Source of the DNA: an uncultured Chlamydiales bacterium
Lineage (GTDB): Bacteria > Chlamydiota > Chlamydiia > Chlamydiales > Rhabdochlamydiaceae
Reading direction: 5' to 3'
Assembly (NCBI GenBank): GCA_963700985.1
Contig: OY969554.1
Location: forward strand, 721,331 to 785,330
Length of the DNA: 64,000 nt
Shown here: piece by piece, positions 19,746 to 28,773 of the stretch
Layout of the letters: each line of letters opens with the position of its first letter
Numbering within the stretch: the stretch's first letter is position 1
Made by a program: the position numbers and the translations under genes
Notes under the pieces: model-generated
Databases searched by the model: none
The model's input: only the letters and a program-made list of their open reading frames with translations
What the model was told of the DNA's origin: nothing

Positions 19746-20495
19746 ATGAAAACAGTTTCTGCTCTTCTAGTCCTAATTCTGGCTGCCGTGATTGTTTTCT
19801 TTGTGTACTGGGGCCGCGTGCCCGATACGCTAGCCAAGACCCTTTCTCAGAAATTGGGAGTGAAGGTGACCATTGCAAGCATGGGTATTACACCTACTTC
19901 GGTGAGCGTAAAACAGATCGAGATCGGCAACCCACCCAAGTCGATCCTACCTAAAGCTTTTTCCTGTGAACGCATAGAAGTCGATGCACCTCTAACACGC
20001 TACTTAAGTGATAATATTGTAATTGATGAAATCAGCCTAGATAAAGTCTATCTCGGTCTTGAATTCAAAAATGCCAAAGGTACAGATGGCAACTGGAGTG
20101 TCATTATGGCCAATATGAAGGCCAATACACCTGCTTCTACTGCACCTAAAGAAAAACAGCGCGCAGTCCTCATCCATAAGCTAGTTCTTACCAATATCGA
20201 TACCGATGTGGTTTATCAGGATGGTAACGGAAAAGTTAAACACCTACCGACGATTGACCGTATTGAGCTAACTGACATCAGCAGCGAAGGTGGATTCCCT
20301 GTCGATCAGCTGATGAATAGCGTGCTTGGACAAATGCTAAAGCAGGTCTTTATCAAGCAAAACATGCAAAATATGATGCAGGATTTCCTAAATAATCCTC
20401 CAGGCGGCGGGCAGGTAGATAAGTATCTACAACCCTTTAAACGCTTTTTTCCTATGAAGGATAACAGTCAAGAGACTGATCTTAAAACAGCTTAA
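19746..20495 (+). CDS. hypothetical N-terminally anchored protein (AsmA/DUF748-like N-terminus?)
   Basis: ATG start MKTVSALLVLILAAVIVFFVYW (single TM), then a beta-rich region. The family assignment is tentative. Confidence 0.45.
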   Translation: MKTVSALLVLILAAVIVFFVYWGRVPDTLAKTLSQKLGVKVTIASMGITPTSVSVKQIEIGNPPKSILPKAFSCERIEVDAPLTRYLSDNIVIDEISLDKVYLGLEFKNAKGTDGNWSVIMANMKANTPASTAPKEKQRAVLIHKLVLTNIDTDVVYQDGNGKVKHLPTIDRIELTDISSEGGFPVDQLMNSVLGQMLKQVFIKQNMQNMMQDFLNNPPGGGQVDKYLQPFKRFFPMKDNSQETDLKTA

Positions 20496-20579
20496 GATTG
20501 CGTAAATCCAGTTTTTTTGTTTAATTTATTCTTATTATCATATAAACTATTTATTATTTTAATAATTAAATGGTTCTAT

Positions 20580-21881
20580 ATGACACCCCTCTCTTTGAGC
20601 CCAACCGATCCTTTCGCCATTATCGCCTCCTATTTACGAGAACCTCAAGGAAGCACCTTAAGCCTCACAGAAGAGGCTGCCTTTCCAGAAGAGGAATGCA
20701 GGCTAATTTGGGAAGGATTGATCCAGAGAAACTCGACTAGTATCTCCAGCGATCCTATAAATCTAAGCTCAATTTCAGTTTCCATAGCCTCAGAACCTGC
20801 TAAAATTAATTTTAAAGGCCCTGCAACTGCTTTTGGAAGAGCTATGTATTGGCTAAGCCGCCCCATGGCTCTTTTCTCATTTTATACTCTTCACTATCCC
20901 AAGCTTTTAAAGTGCGTATCTCTTCAGCACGCTCCCGGCCACAGCTTCGAACTCATGCGCGATATCGGCGGAGAATCGGTGAGAATTACGACTCAGGATG
21001 GCCAAGAGCTCGATGCCGTCTATTTCGATCCGCAAAAATTTCAACAGAATCAGGAAGCTGCATTTAGAAAATGGAAACACCTATTTGCACAAGAGGCATA
21101 TCGAAAGACAAGAGAGGTGCTAGAGATCGATCTGAATGGCAAGACGCTTAGTGAGCTTCTAGGCCTTCCATCAAGCATTGAACCCGTCGAATCTTCTGCC
21201 AAAGGTGTTGTGATCGCGCAAGGCTCAGGTACAAGTTATGCATTTGATCCTCAAGGTGCGGTCATGTTTCTAATGCGCGGCCAGCACGTTCTTGAGTTTG
21301 ATTTTCGCGGAATCCTTCGTAGCAAGGGCAATCCAGGATGGGAAGGCACCTGTATCGATACGCGAGATGCCTGCTTATGGCTGAAAAAGAAGCTAAATTG
21401 CGAAAAAAATAGTGAGCTGATTGTAATCGGAAAATCTATGGGCTCGGGTGGAGCTGTATGGACAGGCACACAACTCCCCGGCATCCACGTGATCATCGAC
21501 CGAGGCTTCTCCAGCATGCCTGAGGTAGTGAGAGAAAAAACAAATGCGCTGCTCAAGCCGCTTGCGCTCTATGCTGCCCAGCATTTTTATCGTTATCCTA
21601 ACGTCGAGCTGATTGGAAAGATCCAGGGCCAAGTGCTGATCATCCAGGCAAGAGAAGATACTCTGACTACGGCTTCACATGCGGAGCGGAACCTAGCGGC
21701 TCTAGCACTATCTAAACTGGGGCCATCTCCTTCTCCAGAAAACATGCGTGTTTTTAGAGAGAGATACTTGCTCGATGCAGCAGGCGGACATTCTAGCTTG
21801 GCAGGTGGTGATAAAATGTATGCTTGGTACCGCGACGCCAAAACTCACGCGGCTCTCAGCACATTTATTAAACAGCTGTAA
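20580..21881 (+). CDS. alpha/beta-hydrolase fold protein (Ser nucleophile) with unknown N-terminal domain
   Basis: Nucleophile elbow VIGKSMGSGG, later REDTL (Asp) and AAGGHSS (His). The start was set to MTPLSLSP; the upstream track extension is AT-rich leader. Confidence 0.6.
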   Translation: MTPLSLSPTDPFAIIASYLREPQGSTLSLTEEAAFPEEECRLIWEGLIQRNSTSISSDPINLSSISVSIASEPAKINFKGPATAFGRAMYWLSRPMALFSFYTLHYPKLLKCVSLQHAPGHSFELMRDIGGESVRITTQDGQELDAVYFDPQKFQQNQEAAFRKWKHLFAQEAYRKTREVLEIDLNGKTLSELLGLPSSIEPVESSAKGVVIAQGSGTSYAFDPQGAVMFLMRGQHVLEFDFRGILRSKGNPGWEGTCIDTRDACLWLKKKLNCEKNSELIVIGKSMGSGGAVWTGTQLPGIHVIIDRGFSSMPEVVREKTNALLKPLALYAAQHFYRYPNVELIGKIQGQVLIIQAREDTLTTASHAERNLAALALSKLGPSPSPENMRVFRERYLLDAAGGHSSLAGGDKMYAWYRDAKTHAALSTFIKQL

Positions 21882-22863
21882 GTTTTGTGATGGTGATCAC
21901 GAGCGCTTCATTGCCTTTGTAATATTGGCAGTTAGCTGGCACGTCGATGGGGATGCGCTGCTCGTGATATTCTAAAAATGGATTAGTAATCACTAAGTTG
22001 AAAAATTTCTCATCTTCATACTTCGAGATCGGGTCGTTTAAATAGCATGAAAAGCGCGAACCTTTCCGCATATGTTTAGTCAAGCAACGATCTAAGAATT
22101 CAAAGAGACGATCTCTTGAGTAACGCACTGAGCGCTGCGTTGGATTAGAAGCCGTTTTTAGTTCTTCAAGAAACTGGAGGATCGCTTTTTGGGTCGTATA
22201 CCGCTTTTCAACTAGACGCAAGAAAACTTTTTCGAGTTGTGACTTGGTGATGTTCTTCTTTTCCTCTAGTTCATAAAAGAATCGTAAGAAAACCTTAGGA
22301 TCGATGACTTTTTCGTTTTCCAATAAGATAAAAAAAGCATCAATATCGGCATCGGCATATTTCACATCTTTTAGAAAGGAAAGCTGAGCTTCGAGCTCCG
22401 CCATTTTCTTTTTGCCTGCACTTAAAATCATACTAGCTTGATTTCCACTCTTTTCTAACTCAGCTTGCTCTGCAGCACTCTCAAGTGGATAATCATCAAA
22501 AAAGATCGTATCAAAAACCCCAAGAGTATCTAGCGCATTTTGCCAGGTATCTTCAACGATGGTTACATTGGAATACTTCTCGGCCCACTTTCGCGCGCGC
22601 TTAGCCACTTCTGGATGATATTCAATAATCGTGTGACTCTTAGGATGGTAATGCTGAATACGCGTAGAAGAATACCCGCATCCGAAGCCCACTTCTAGAA
22701 CATCCCCCGCGGGCTTCAGGGCATCGATGCATGCTTCCATGTAGGGCTTTTCCCACTGCATCATCACTTGAAAATGACCATCTTTGAGCAAGATCTCCTG
22801 CCCAAATTCATCATGTCCAAATTCCATCTTGCAAGGTGGCGGCGGACTCTTTTTCATCAGCAT
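21868..22863 (-). CDS. GAMT/RMT2-like SAM-dependent methyltransferase with extra C-terminal domain
   Basis: VMMQWEKPYMEACIDAL..GDVLEVGFGCGYSS..IIEYHPEV...FDTIFFDDYPL parallels guanidinoacetate / arginine N-methyltransferase-2 motifs (VMxxWExPxM, LEVGFG, YDTYPL). The ~170-aa C-terminus is unassigned. Start at the ATG after AAGGGA. Confidence 0.6.
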   Translation of the reverse strand: MLMKKSPPPPCKMEFGHDEFGQEILLKDGHFQVMMQWEKPYMEACIDALKPAGDVLEVGFGCGYSSTRIQHYHPKSHTIIEYHPEVAKRARKWAEKYSNVTIVEDTWQNALDTLGVFDTIFFDDYPLESAAEQAELEKSGNQASMILSAGKKKMAELEAQLSFLKDVKYADADIDAFFILLENEKVIDPKVFLRFFYELEEKKNITKSQLEKVFLRLVEKRYTTQKAILQFLEELKTASNPTQRSVRYSRDRLFEFLDRCLTKHMRKGSRFSCYLNDPISKYEDEKFFNLVITNPFLEYHEQRIPIDVPANCQYYKGNEALVITITKLTAV

Positions 22864-22932
22864 GTATTCCCTTTTAATAGAAAGTATACTAAAAACATTT
22901 TTCAAGCATTAACGTTTCGCGTACAGGCATCC

Positions 22933-23964
22933 ATGATAAATCGAACTTTCTTTCTCTTGTCGCTCATCGCCCTCTCTCCTCTTTTGGCCAGAGAAAGCCA
23001 GAGAGAACCGCAAGCTGTCAATCTTGTGGCCGCAGACGAAAGTTTAGATGATGAGTCTGACGAAGAGCCTGTGTATGAAGCTGTCGAGCCAGAACAACAA
23101 CCGATCAGATTTGGTAGACCAAAACAAGAAGTCATCGAGCCTCCCTCAACTTCATCTTGGAATTGCCAGAATCGTGCTCATCCCGTTTTCGTGGATGTTC
23201 GCGACTTAGAGGGCACCGGCATAGGGTTTAAAAAAAGCTACGCTTCCGCTGATCTCTTTGTGACTGCAATGACCCAAACTTGGCTTGCGCCATTTTTTGA
23301 TCTAAGAGGACACTATTTTCGCGATGAGAAGAAGTATGCAGCCAACGCCGGCTTCGGCCTACGCGATATCTCAGAATCGCTCCAAACCGTCTTTGGCGTT
23401 AACCTGTTTTTCGACTACCGCCAAATCAAGCACGGCCGCTTTTATCAAGCAGGCGCAGGAATTGAAGTGTTGGGCGAAAAATGGGATTTCAGAGTCAACG
23501 GTTACCTTCCGGTCTTCGGCAGACGCGAAATGCTCTCTAGGCGAGAGATTCGCGTTCATCACAGGCTCACGCGCGAGAAGAAAATTATCTCAAATTTTGT
23601 AGGCGGCGATATTGAGCTGGGAAGAGTTCTCTATAAATTCTGGGGCTTTAATATGAAAGCCACCGGAGGGGCATATTATCTTAATGGACTTTTCGACAAG
23701 CAACCCATTGGCGGGTTGCTGCGCATTTCAGGGCATCTATCGCCTTACATCTCGTTTGAAGGACAAGGCTCTTATGATCCATTTTTCAAATGGCGCGGTT
23801 CTGGACAGCTGGCCCTTGTGATCCCTTTCGGCAGGCGGTTTTTTGATCTTAAAAAACGCGATTGCCCAAATGCCCATTATCATCCTCAAGAGCGACTCCT
23901 AGAGCAGGTATCACGCTTTGAAATTATCCCCATCGCGACTCATAAAGATCGCCACGCTCTTTAA
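22933..23964 (+). CDS. outer-membrane beta-barrel protein, inverse-autotransporter (intimin/invasin) beta-domain-like, no passenger
   Basis: Signal peptide MINRTFFLLSLIALSPLLA and an acidic linker. GVNLFFDYRQIKHGRFYQAGAGIEVLGEKWDFRVNGYLPV resembles the IAT beta-domain signature. The protein ends ~40 aa after the barrel. Confidence 0.5.
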   Translation: MINRTFFLLSLIALSPLLARESQREPQAVNLVAADESLDDESDEEPVYEAVEPEQQPIRFGRPKQEVIEPPSTSSWNCQNRAHPVFVDVRDLEGTGIGFKKSYASADLFVTAMTQTWLAPFFDLRGHYFRDEKKYAANAGFGLRDISESLQTVFGVNLFFDYRQIKHGRFYQAGAGIEVLGEKWDFRVNGYLPVFGRREMLSRREIRVHHRLTREKKIISNFVGGDIELGRVLYKFWGFNMKATGGAYYLNGLFDKQPIGGLLRISGHLSPYISFEGQGSYDPFFKWRGSGQLALVIPFGRRFFDLKKRDCPNAHYHPQERLLEQVSRFEIIPIATHKDRHAL

Positions 23965-24102
23965 AAGGGCGCCTCCTACTTCAAAAAATTTTTATTAATT
24001 TACTGTTAATAATTATTTAAAAAATAAAATAATTTTGTAATTTTAAAAATAATTAATTTTAGATATAATACTAGCTTTAATACTCAAATTAAAGGTAATA
24101 AA

Positions 24103-24834
24103 ATGTCTCTTACAATACCCCCAACAACTTTAGCTCAACTCGCTCAGCTTAGCTTAGAGGAAACTCAGCCATTGCCTCAGATATCAGCTATGATTGTTGA
24201 TACTCTTCCGCATGACCTTACTGAGGCTCAACTTTCGGATACCATTTGCCAGTTGGAAGCGGAAAAAGCCGAGGCGCATCTTTCATATCAGTGGATGGGG
24301 CAGTTAAGTGCAGCTTTACTCAAGCATAAGCCTCAAGCAATTCTACAATTAGACAGAAAAGCTAGTTCAGAACGTCTCTCTGCTGAATCTGAAGAGCAAG
24401 CTGCCTCTTCAAACAAGAGCGCGATCAATTGGAAAAAATTGATATTGAAACTCAAATACCGTCAGCTACTTAAGAGTGTAGAGAGCCAATTTAATGCAGA
24501 AAACCAAGCATTCCATAAGAAACAGCACTATCAAGATGTTTGCCTTCAGGTTTTTAAAGACCGCGTTAGGCCAGAATTAACCTTGCAGTTGAATGAGCGC
24601 TTAAATGAAATTTATGAAAAAGCCCCTAAATTTGCGCGAAGAGCGTATAAATCTAAGGACGAGAAAGCTCAAGTGCTCCTTAGAAAAGCAACCATTGGGC
24701 TGCTAGATTTCTTCAAAGTAATTTCTGATATCAGATTTAAGGGAGACTGGAAGGAATTTATAGCTGAGGGAGCTTCTCCTGGAGGCATAGATAGCAAGCT
24801 CTCTTCTTCAGACGAAAAAAAAGCGCAGAGCTAA
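24103..24834 (+). CDS. hypothetical protein, tandem paralog 1
   Basis: 243 aa. Shares WKKLILKLKY..APKF..QVLLRKATIGL..VISDI blocks with the next gene. Very AT-rich leader containing TATAAT. Confidence 0.55.
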   Translation: MSLTIPPTTLAQLAQLSLEETQPLPQISAMIVDTLPHDLTEAQLSDTICQLEAEKAEAHLSYQWMGQLSAALLKHKPQAILQLDRKASSERLSAESEEQAASSNKSAINWKKLILKLKYRQLLKSVESQFNAENQAFHKKQHYQDVCLQVFKDRVRPELTLQLNERLNEIYEKAPKFARRAYKSKDEKAQVLLRKATIGLLDFFKVISDIRFKGDWKEFIAEGASPGGIDSKLSSSDEKKAQS

Positions 24835-24933
24835 ATTATGACGTTAACCTCACTTGGATTTAATTAAATATAATTTAATTGTTTATAATTAGCAGAACAA
24901 CTGATATAATTTTAGAATTAAATCAATTATTTA

Positions 24934-25950
24934 ATGGTGATAATGATGTCTGCGATCAATGAAAGAAGTCCAATCCCTCTTCCTCCGATGGCGGAACTAT
25001 TTGCTGAGGCTCTTGAACACGGTTTAAGCCGAGAAAAACTTGAACAAGTTCTTTGTATGCAGGCAGTTTATGGTGATGAACTTCATCACTCGAAATTAGC
25101 AACTCTCCATTTTCTATCTCGCTTTGAAAAAATTCGAGCTCACCTTTTCCAAAAAATTGATATAAAAATTGACTTTCAAGCCAGCACGCGCCCACCCTCA
25201 TCTTTTGGCAAAACAGAACTCTTATGGAAAAGACTGTTGTTAAAGCTCAAATTCCAAGAGCAAATACAGTGTTTAAAAGATACTGAGCTTGAGACAGGCA
25301 AACAATTAGGTGTAGCAATTGAAGTCTTTAAGGTCTTCAAACACGACTATGTAAGTAGATTCGGCCATGAGGCTTTTAATCTCCAGCTAGCAAAACACGC
25401 ATCTGATGCGCCTAAATTTATTCCAAGACCAGAACAAGTGCTCCTTAAAAAAGCCACTTCTGGCCTACGCAACGTTTACAAAAGAATTAGTGACGTCCAA
25501 ATTGCGAGACAAGAAGCAAAAAAACCTGTACCAACTATAGCCCTAACTCCACCTCCTCTGGTAAATTCCCAACAAGAAAAAGAAATTAGACTTGAAGCTT
25601 ATAGATTAGCCGGCAGCATCGGATCTCTTGATACAGCTATTCAACGCGCGCGCTATTCTGGAAAAATTCCTTCTGCTCAACTAGCTGAGCTCGAAAAAAT
25701 TGGGGGGAAGTTTCTTTCTAAAAAATATGGTCGGCTTGATGTTCTAATAAATGAGTATTTAGGATTATTTGGAATTGAAATGAGTCAAAAACTCCACGCA
25801 AAAATCCAAAAAAACTACGTCTGTCATAGACTTAGAATTTTCCCTGTAAGCGGTGAAGATTTCCCGTTAGACAGACTTAAAGATCCTATCGCCGCCATAG
25901 CTGACCCAGACCGGTTTGTAGAACGAGTTATTGAAACTCCAAATTCCTAA
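24934..25950 (+). CDS. hypothetical protein, tandem paralog 2
   Basis: 338 aa. WKRLLLKLKF..APKF..QVLLKKATSGL..RISDV blocks are shared with 24103..24834. It has an additional C-terminal ~140 aa. Confidence 0.55.
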   Translation: MVIMMSAINERSPIPLPPMAELFAEALEHGLSREKLEQVLCMQAVYGDELHHSKLATLHFLSRFEKIRAHLFQKIDIKIDFQASTRPPSSFGKTELLWKRLLLKLKFQEQIQCLKDTELETGKQLGVAIEVFKVFKHDYVSRFGHEAFNLQLAKHASDAPKFIPRPEQVLLKKATSGLRNVYKRISDVQIARQEAKKPVPTIALTPPPLVNSQQEKEIRLEAYRLAGSIGSLDTAIQRARYSGKIPSAQLAELEKIGGKFLSKKYGRLDVLINEYLGLFGIEMSQKLHAKIQKNYVCHRLRIFPVSGEDFPLDRLKDPIAAIADPDRFVERVIETPNS

Positions 25951-26005
25951 GTATTTTCTCAGATCGCCTATTGCAAAAATTACTTGTGCCCTCTAAATAG
26001 AGGGT

Positions 26006-28654
26006 ATGTCTACACGCGTAAAACAATCTCTAGAACATAAAAGACTCGTCGAGAAATTCGAAGGAGAGGTCGCACCTTGGCAAAAATGGGGCCCATATGT
26101 CTCAGAACGCTCTTGGGGCACTGTTAGAGAAGATTATAGCGAGAATGGCGATGCTTGGTCCTACTTCCCCTTCTGGGATGCGCACAAACGCGTCTATCGT
26201 TGGGGTGAAGATGCCATTGCGGGCTGGTGTGATCGTTATCAAACCTTAGTCTTTGCGCCAGCCTTTTGGAATGGCAAGGACCCTATCTTAAAAGAGCGCC
26301 TCTATGGACTGGCTTCCCTCGAAGGAAACCATGGAGAGGATGTCAAAGAGTGCTACTACCATCTCGATGGCACGCCGACACACTCTTACATGAAGTATCT
26401 TTACAAATACCCTCAGCAAGAATTCCCCTATCACAAACTAAAGGAAGTAAACGCACAAAGAGGCACTAACGATTCCGAATACGAGCTAACCGATACGGGA
26501 ATTTTTGCAGACAATCGCTATTTTGATATCTTTATCGAATACGCTAAAGCTTCGCCTGAAGATACCTGTATTCGCATCGAAGCTTTTAACCGCGCGAATG
26601 AACCAGCTTCTTTACACATCCTGCCTCAGCTCTGGTTTCGCAATCGATGGGGCTGGGGCGAAGAGCGCCTGCCAGAACCGGTGATCAGCAAAGATCCGCA
26701 TCATCAGAGCTTAATCGCCGACGATACTAATCAGCCCTCTCCTTCCACGCTTTCTTTCGATTACCATCTAGGCAAACGCTACCTTTATGGATCACGCGGC
26801 GCGCAACTTCTTTTTACAGATAATGAAAATGTTGCGCCCAATTTGCGCTACTATAAAGACGGCTTTCATCAAGCTGTTATTCACAGCCAGAATACTGTAA
26901 ATCCAGACCTAAAAGGCACAAAAGCGTGCTTTCACTATTTCTTTAAAGATATTCCGCCAAAGGAATCCGTTGTACTCCACCTTAGGCTCACTAATCATTC
27001 GATGAGTGCACCGCTTGGAGACATCGAAGAGATCATTCACAAGCGAAAAAAAGAAGCTGACGCATTTTATGAAGCAATTCATCCAAAGCATGCCACTGCT
27101 GAGGAAAAAGAGATCGAACGTCAAGCGATCGCTGGGATGCTATGGAATAAGCAGATCTATCTCTATGATGTAAGTCGCTGGCTTGAGGGTGACAATCCCA
27201 AGCATCCACCTCCTGCATCACGCGAAAATATCCGCAACTCGCATTGGAAACATCTCAACTCAATGCGCATTCTATCGATGCCTGATAAGTGGGAGTATCC
27301 TTGGTTTGCAGCTTGGGATTTGGCCTTCCATGCTCTCACGCTTGCGCTGGTAGATATAGAATTTGCCAAAGATCAACTCTGGCTGCTGCTATTCGATCAG
27401 TTCCAACATCCAAATGGCGCTATTCCGGCTTACGAATGGGAATTTTCCGATTTAAATCCACCAATCCAAAGCTGGGTGGCTTTACGCCTCTATCAAATGC
27501 AGCGCGAAAAAGAAGGCATAGAAGATATGGCCTTCCTAAAAAAATGTTTCCACAAGCTCATCATGAACTTTGCTTGGTGGGTAAATCGAGTTGACAGTTC
27601 TGGCCACAACGTCTTTGAAGGTGGCTTCTTAGGCCTGGATAACATCACCATTGTCGATCGTTCACTTGGACATGAAAATGATGCTACCCTCCGTCAATCC
27701 GATGGAACAGGTTGGATGGCTTTCTTCTGTCTTAATCTCATGCGCATTGCATTAGAGCTGGCTAAAGAAGACAAAACTTACGAAGCGATGGCCACTAAGT
27801 TTTTCCAGCACTTTATTTATATCGCTTATGCCATGAAAAAGATTGGCAACCAGAACTATGAACTCTGGAGCGAAAAAGATGGCTTCTTCTACGATGTGCT
27901 CTCCTTTCCAGATGGGCACTTTGCGAAGTTCCGCGTACGCTCACTCGTAGGGATCATTCCTCTTTATGCGGTGGATATCATTACAGATGAAGAGCTAGAC
28001 AAATTTCCAGAATTTAAACGCAATTTCCTCTGGTTTTTGAACAACCGTACATCGCTTACTGAAGATTGCGCGATCCCTTTTGAAAGTGACGGCAAAAAGA
28101 GCTACTTGCTATCTCTTGTGAATCGCAAACAACTTCAGAGCATTTTAGGCTATATTTGGAATCCAAATGAGTTTCGTTCCGAGTTTGGCTTGCGCAGTCT
28201 TTCAAAGTTTCACGAGGCAAATCCCTTCTTCTATAAAGACAAGCAGATCGCCTATGAGCCAGGTGAATCATTGCACAAACTTAAAGGCGGAAATTCAAAT
28301 TGGCGCGGCCCGATCTGGTTTCCAACTAGCTATCTGCTGATCCAATCGCTTAATAAATATGCTCAGGTATATCCGCATGACTTTGCAATTAAGGTGAATG
28401 AAGAGCAGCCAGCCAAAATCGAAGATATTTCGCGCTATTTCGCAGATAGACTCATCTCTCTTTTCAAAAAAAACCCAGACGGTGTTCGCCCTTTTATCGG
28501 CAGCGCCTTTCCCTTTGTCAAAGACCCCTATTTTCAAGATCATATCCAGTTTTACGAGTATTATCATGCCGAAACCGGCAAAGGCCTTGGTGCCTCGCAC
28601 CAGACCGGCTGGAGCGGCCTCGTAGCCAATCTAATCCACGAATTCCGCAATTAG
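26006..28654 (+). CDS. GH63-like (MGH1/glucosidase-type) glycoside hydrolase
   Basis: 882 aa. The N-terminal WGPYVSERSWGTVREDYSENGDAWSYFP..RWGEDAIAG and the (alpha/alpha)6-type C-terminal half are typical of the large bacterial 'glucosidase' family related to GH63. Confidence 0.65.
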   Translation: MSTRVKQSLEHKRLVEKFEGEVAPWQKWGPYVSERSWGTVREDYSENGDAWSYFPFWDAHKRVYRWGEDAIAGWCDRYQTLVFAPAFWNGKDPILKERLYGLASLEGNHGEDVKECYYHLDGTPTHSYMKYLYKYPQQEFPYHKLKEVNAQRGTNDSEYELTDTGIFADNRYFDIFIEYAKASPEDTCIRIEAFNRANEPASLHILPQLWFRNRWGWGEERLPEPVISKDPHHQSLIADDTNQPSPSTLSFDYHLGKRYLYGSRGAQLLFTDNENVAPNLRYYKDGFHQAVIHSQNTVNPDLKGTKACFHYFFKDIPPKESVVLHLRLTNHSMSAPLGDIEEIIHKRKKEADAFYEAIHPKHATAEEKEIERQAIAGMLWNKQIYLYDVSRWLEGDNPKHPPPASRENIRNSHWKHLNSMRILSMPDKWEYPWFAAWDLAFHALTLALVDIEFAKDQLWLLLFDQFQHPNGAIPAYEWEFSDLNPPIQSWVALRLYQMQREKEGIEDMAFLKKCFHKLIMNFAWWVNRVDSSGHNVFEGGFLGLDNITIVDRSLGHENDATLRQSDGTGWMAFFCLNLMRIALELAKEDKTYEAMATKFFQHFIYIAYAMKKIGNQNYELWSEKDGFFYDVLSFPDGHFAKFRVRSLVGIIPLYAVDIITDEELDKFPEFKRNFLWFLNNRTSLTEDCAIPFESDGKKSYLLSLVNRKQLQSILGYIWNPNEFRSEFGLRSLSKFHEANPFFYKDKQIAYEPGESLHKLKGGNSNWRGPIWFPTSYLLIQSLNKYAQVYPHDFAIKVNEEQPAKIEDISRYFADRLISLFKKNPDGVRPFIGSAFPFVKDPYFQDHIQFYEYYHAETGKGLGASHQTGWSGLVANLIHEFRN

Positions 28655-28773
28655 AACTCGATTTTCTTAAAAAGATGAATATCTAACATTAATCTATAAA
28701 CAAAATTTTATTAACTAATTTAATTAAATCATCATAAATGATATAAATACTCACCTACTTAAATCTAAAATAG

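Noticed and set aside
22768-22932. Long N-terminal extensions of track ORFs (22768 for the barrel protein, 45890 for the S9 peptidase, 38803 for the OMF, 20517, 19731, 53362, 7927)
   Set aside because: The extensions overlap neighbouring genes or AT-rich leaders and use TTG/GTG starts. They precede an internal start that gives a proper signal peptide, lipobox or RBS.
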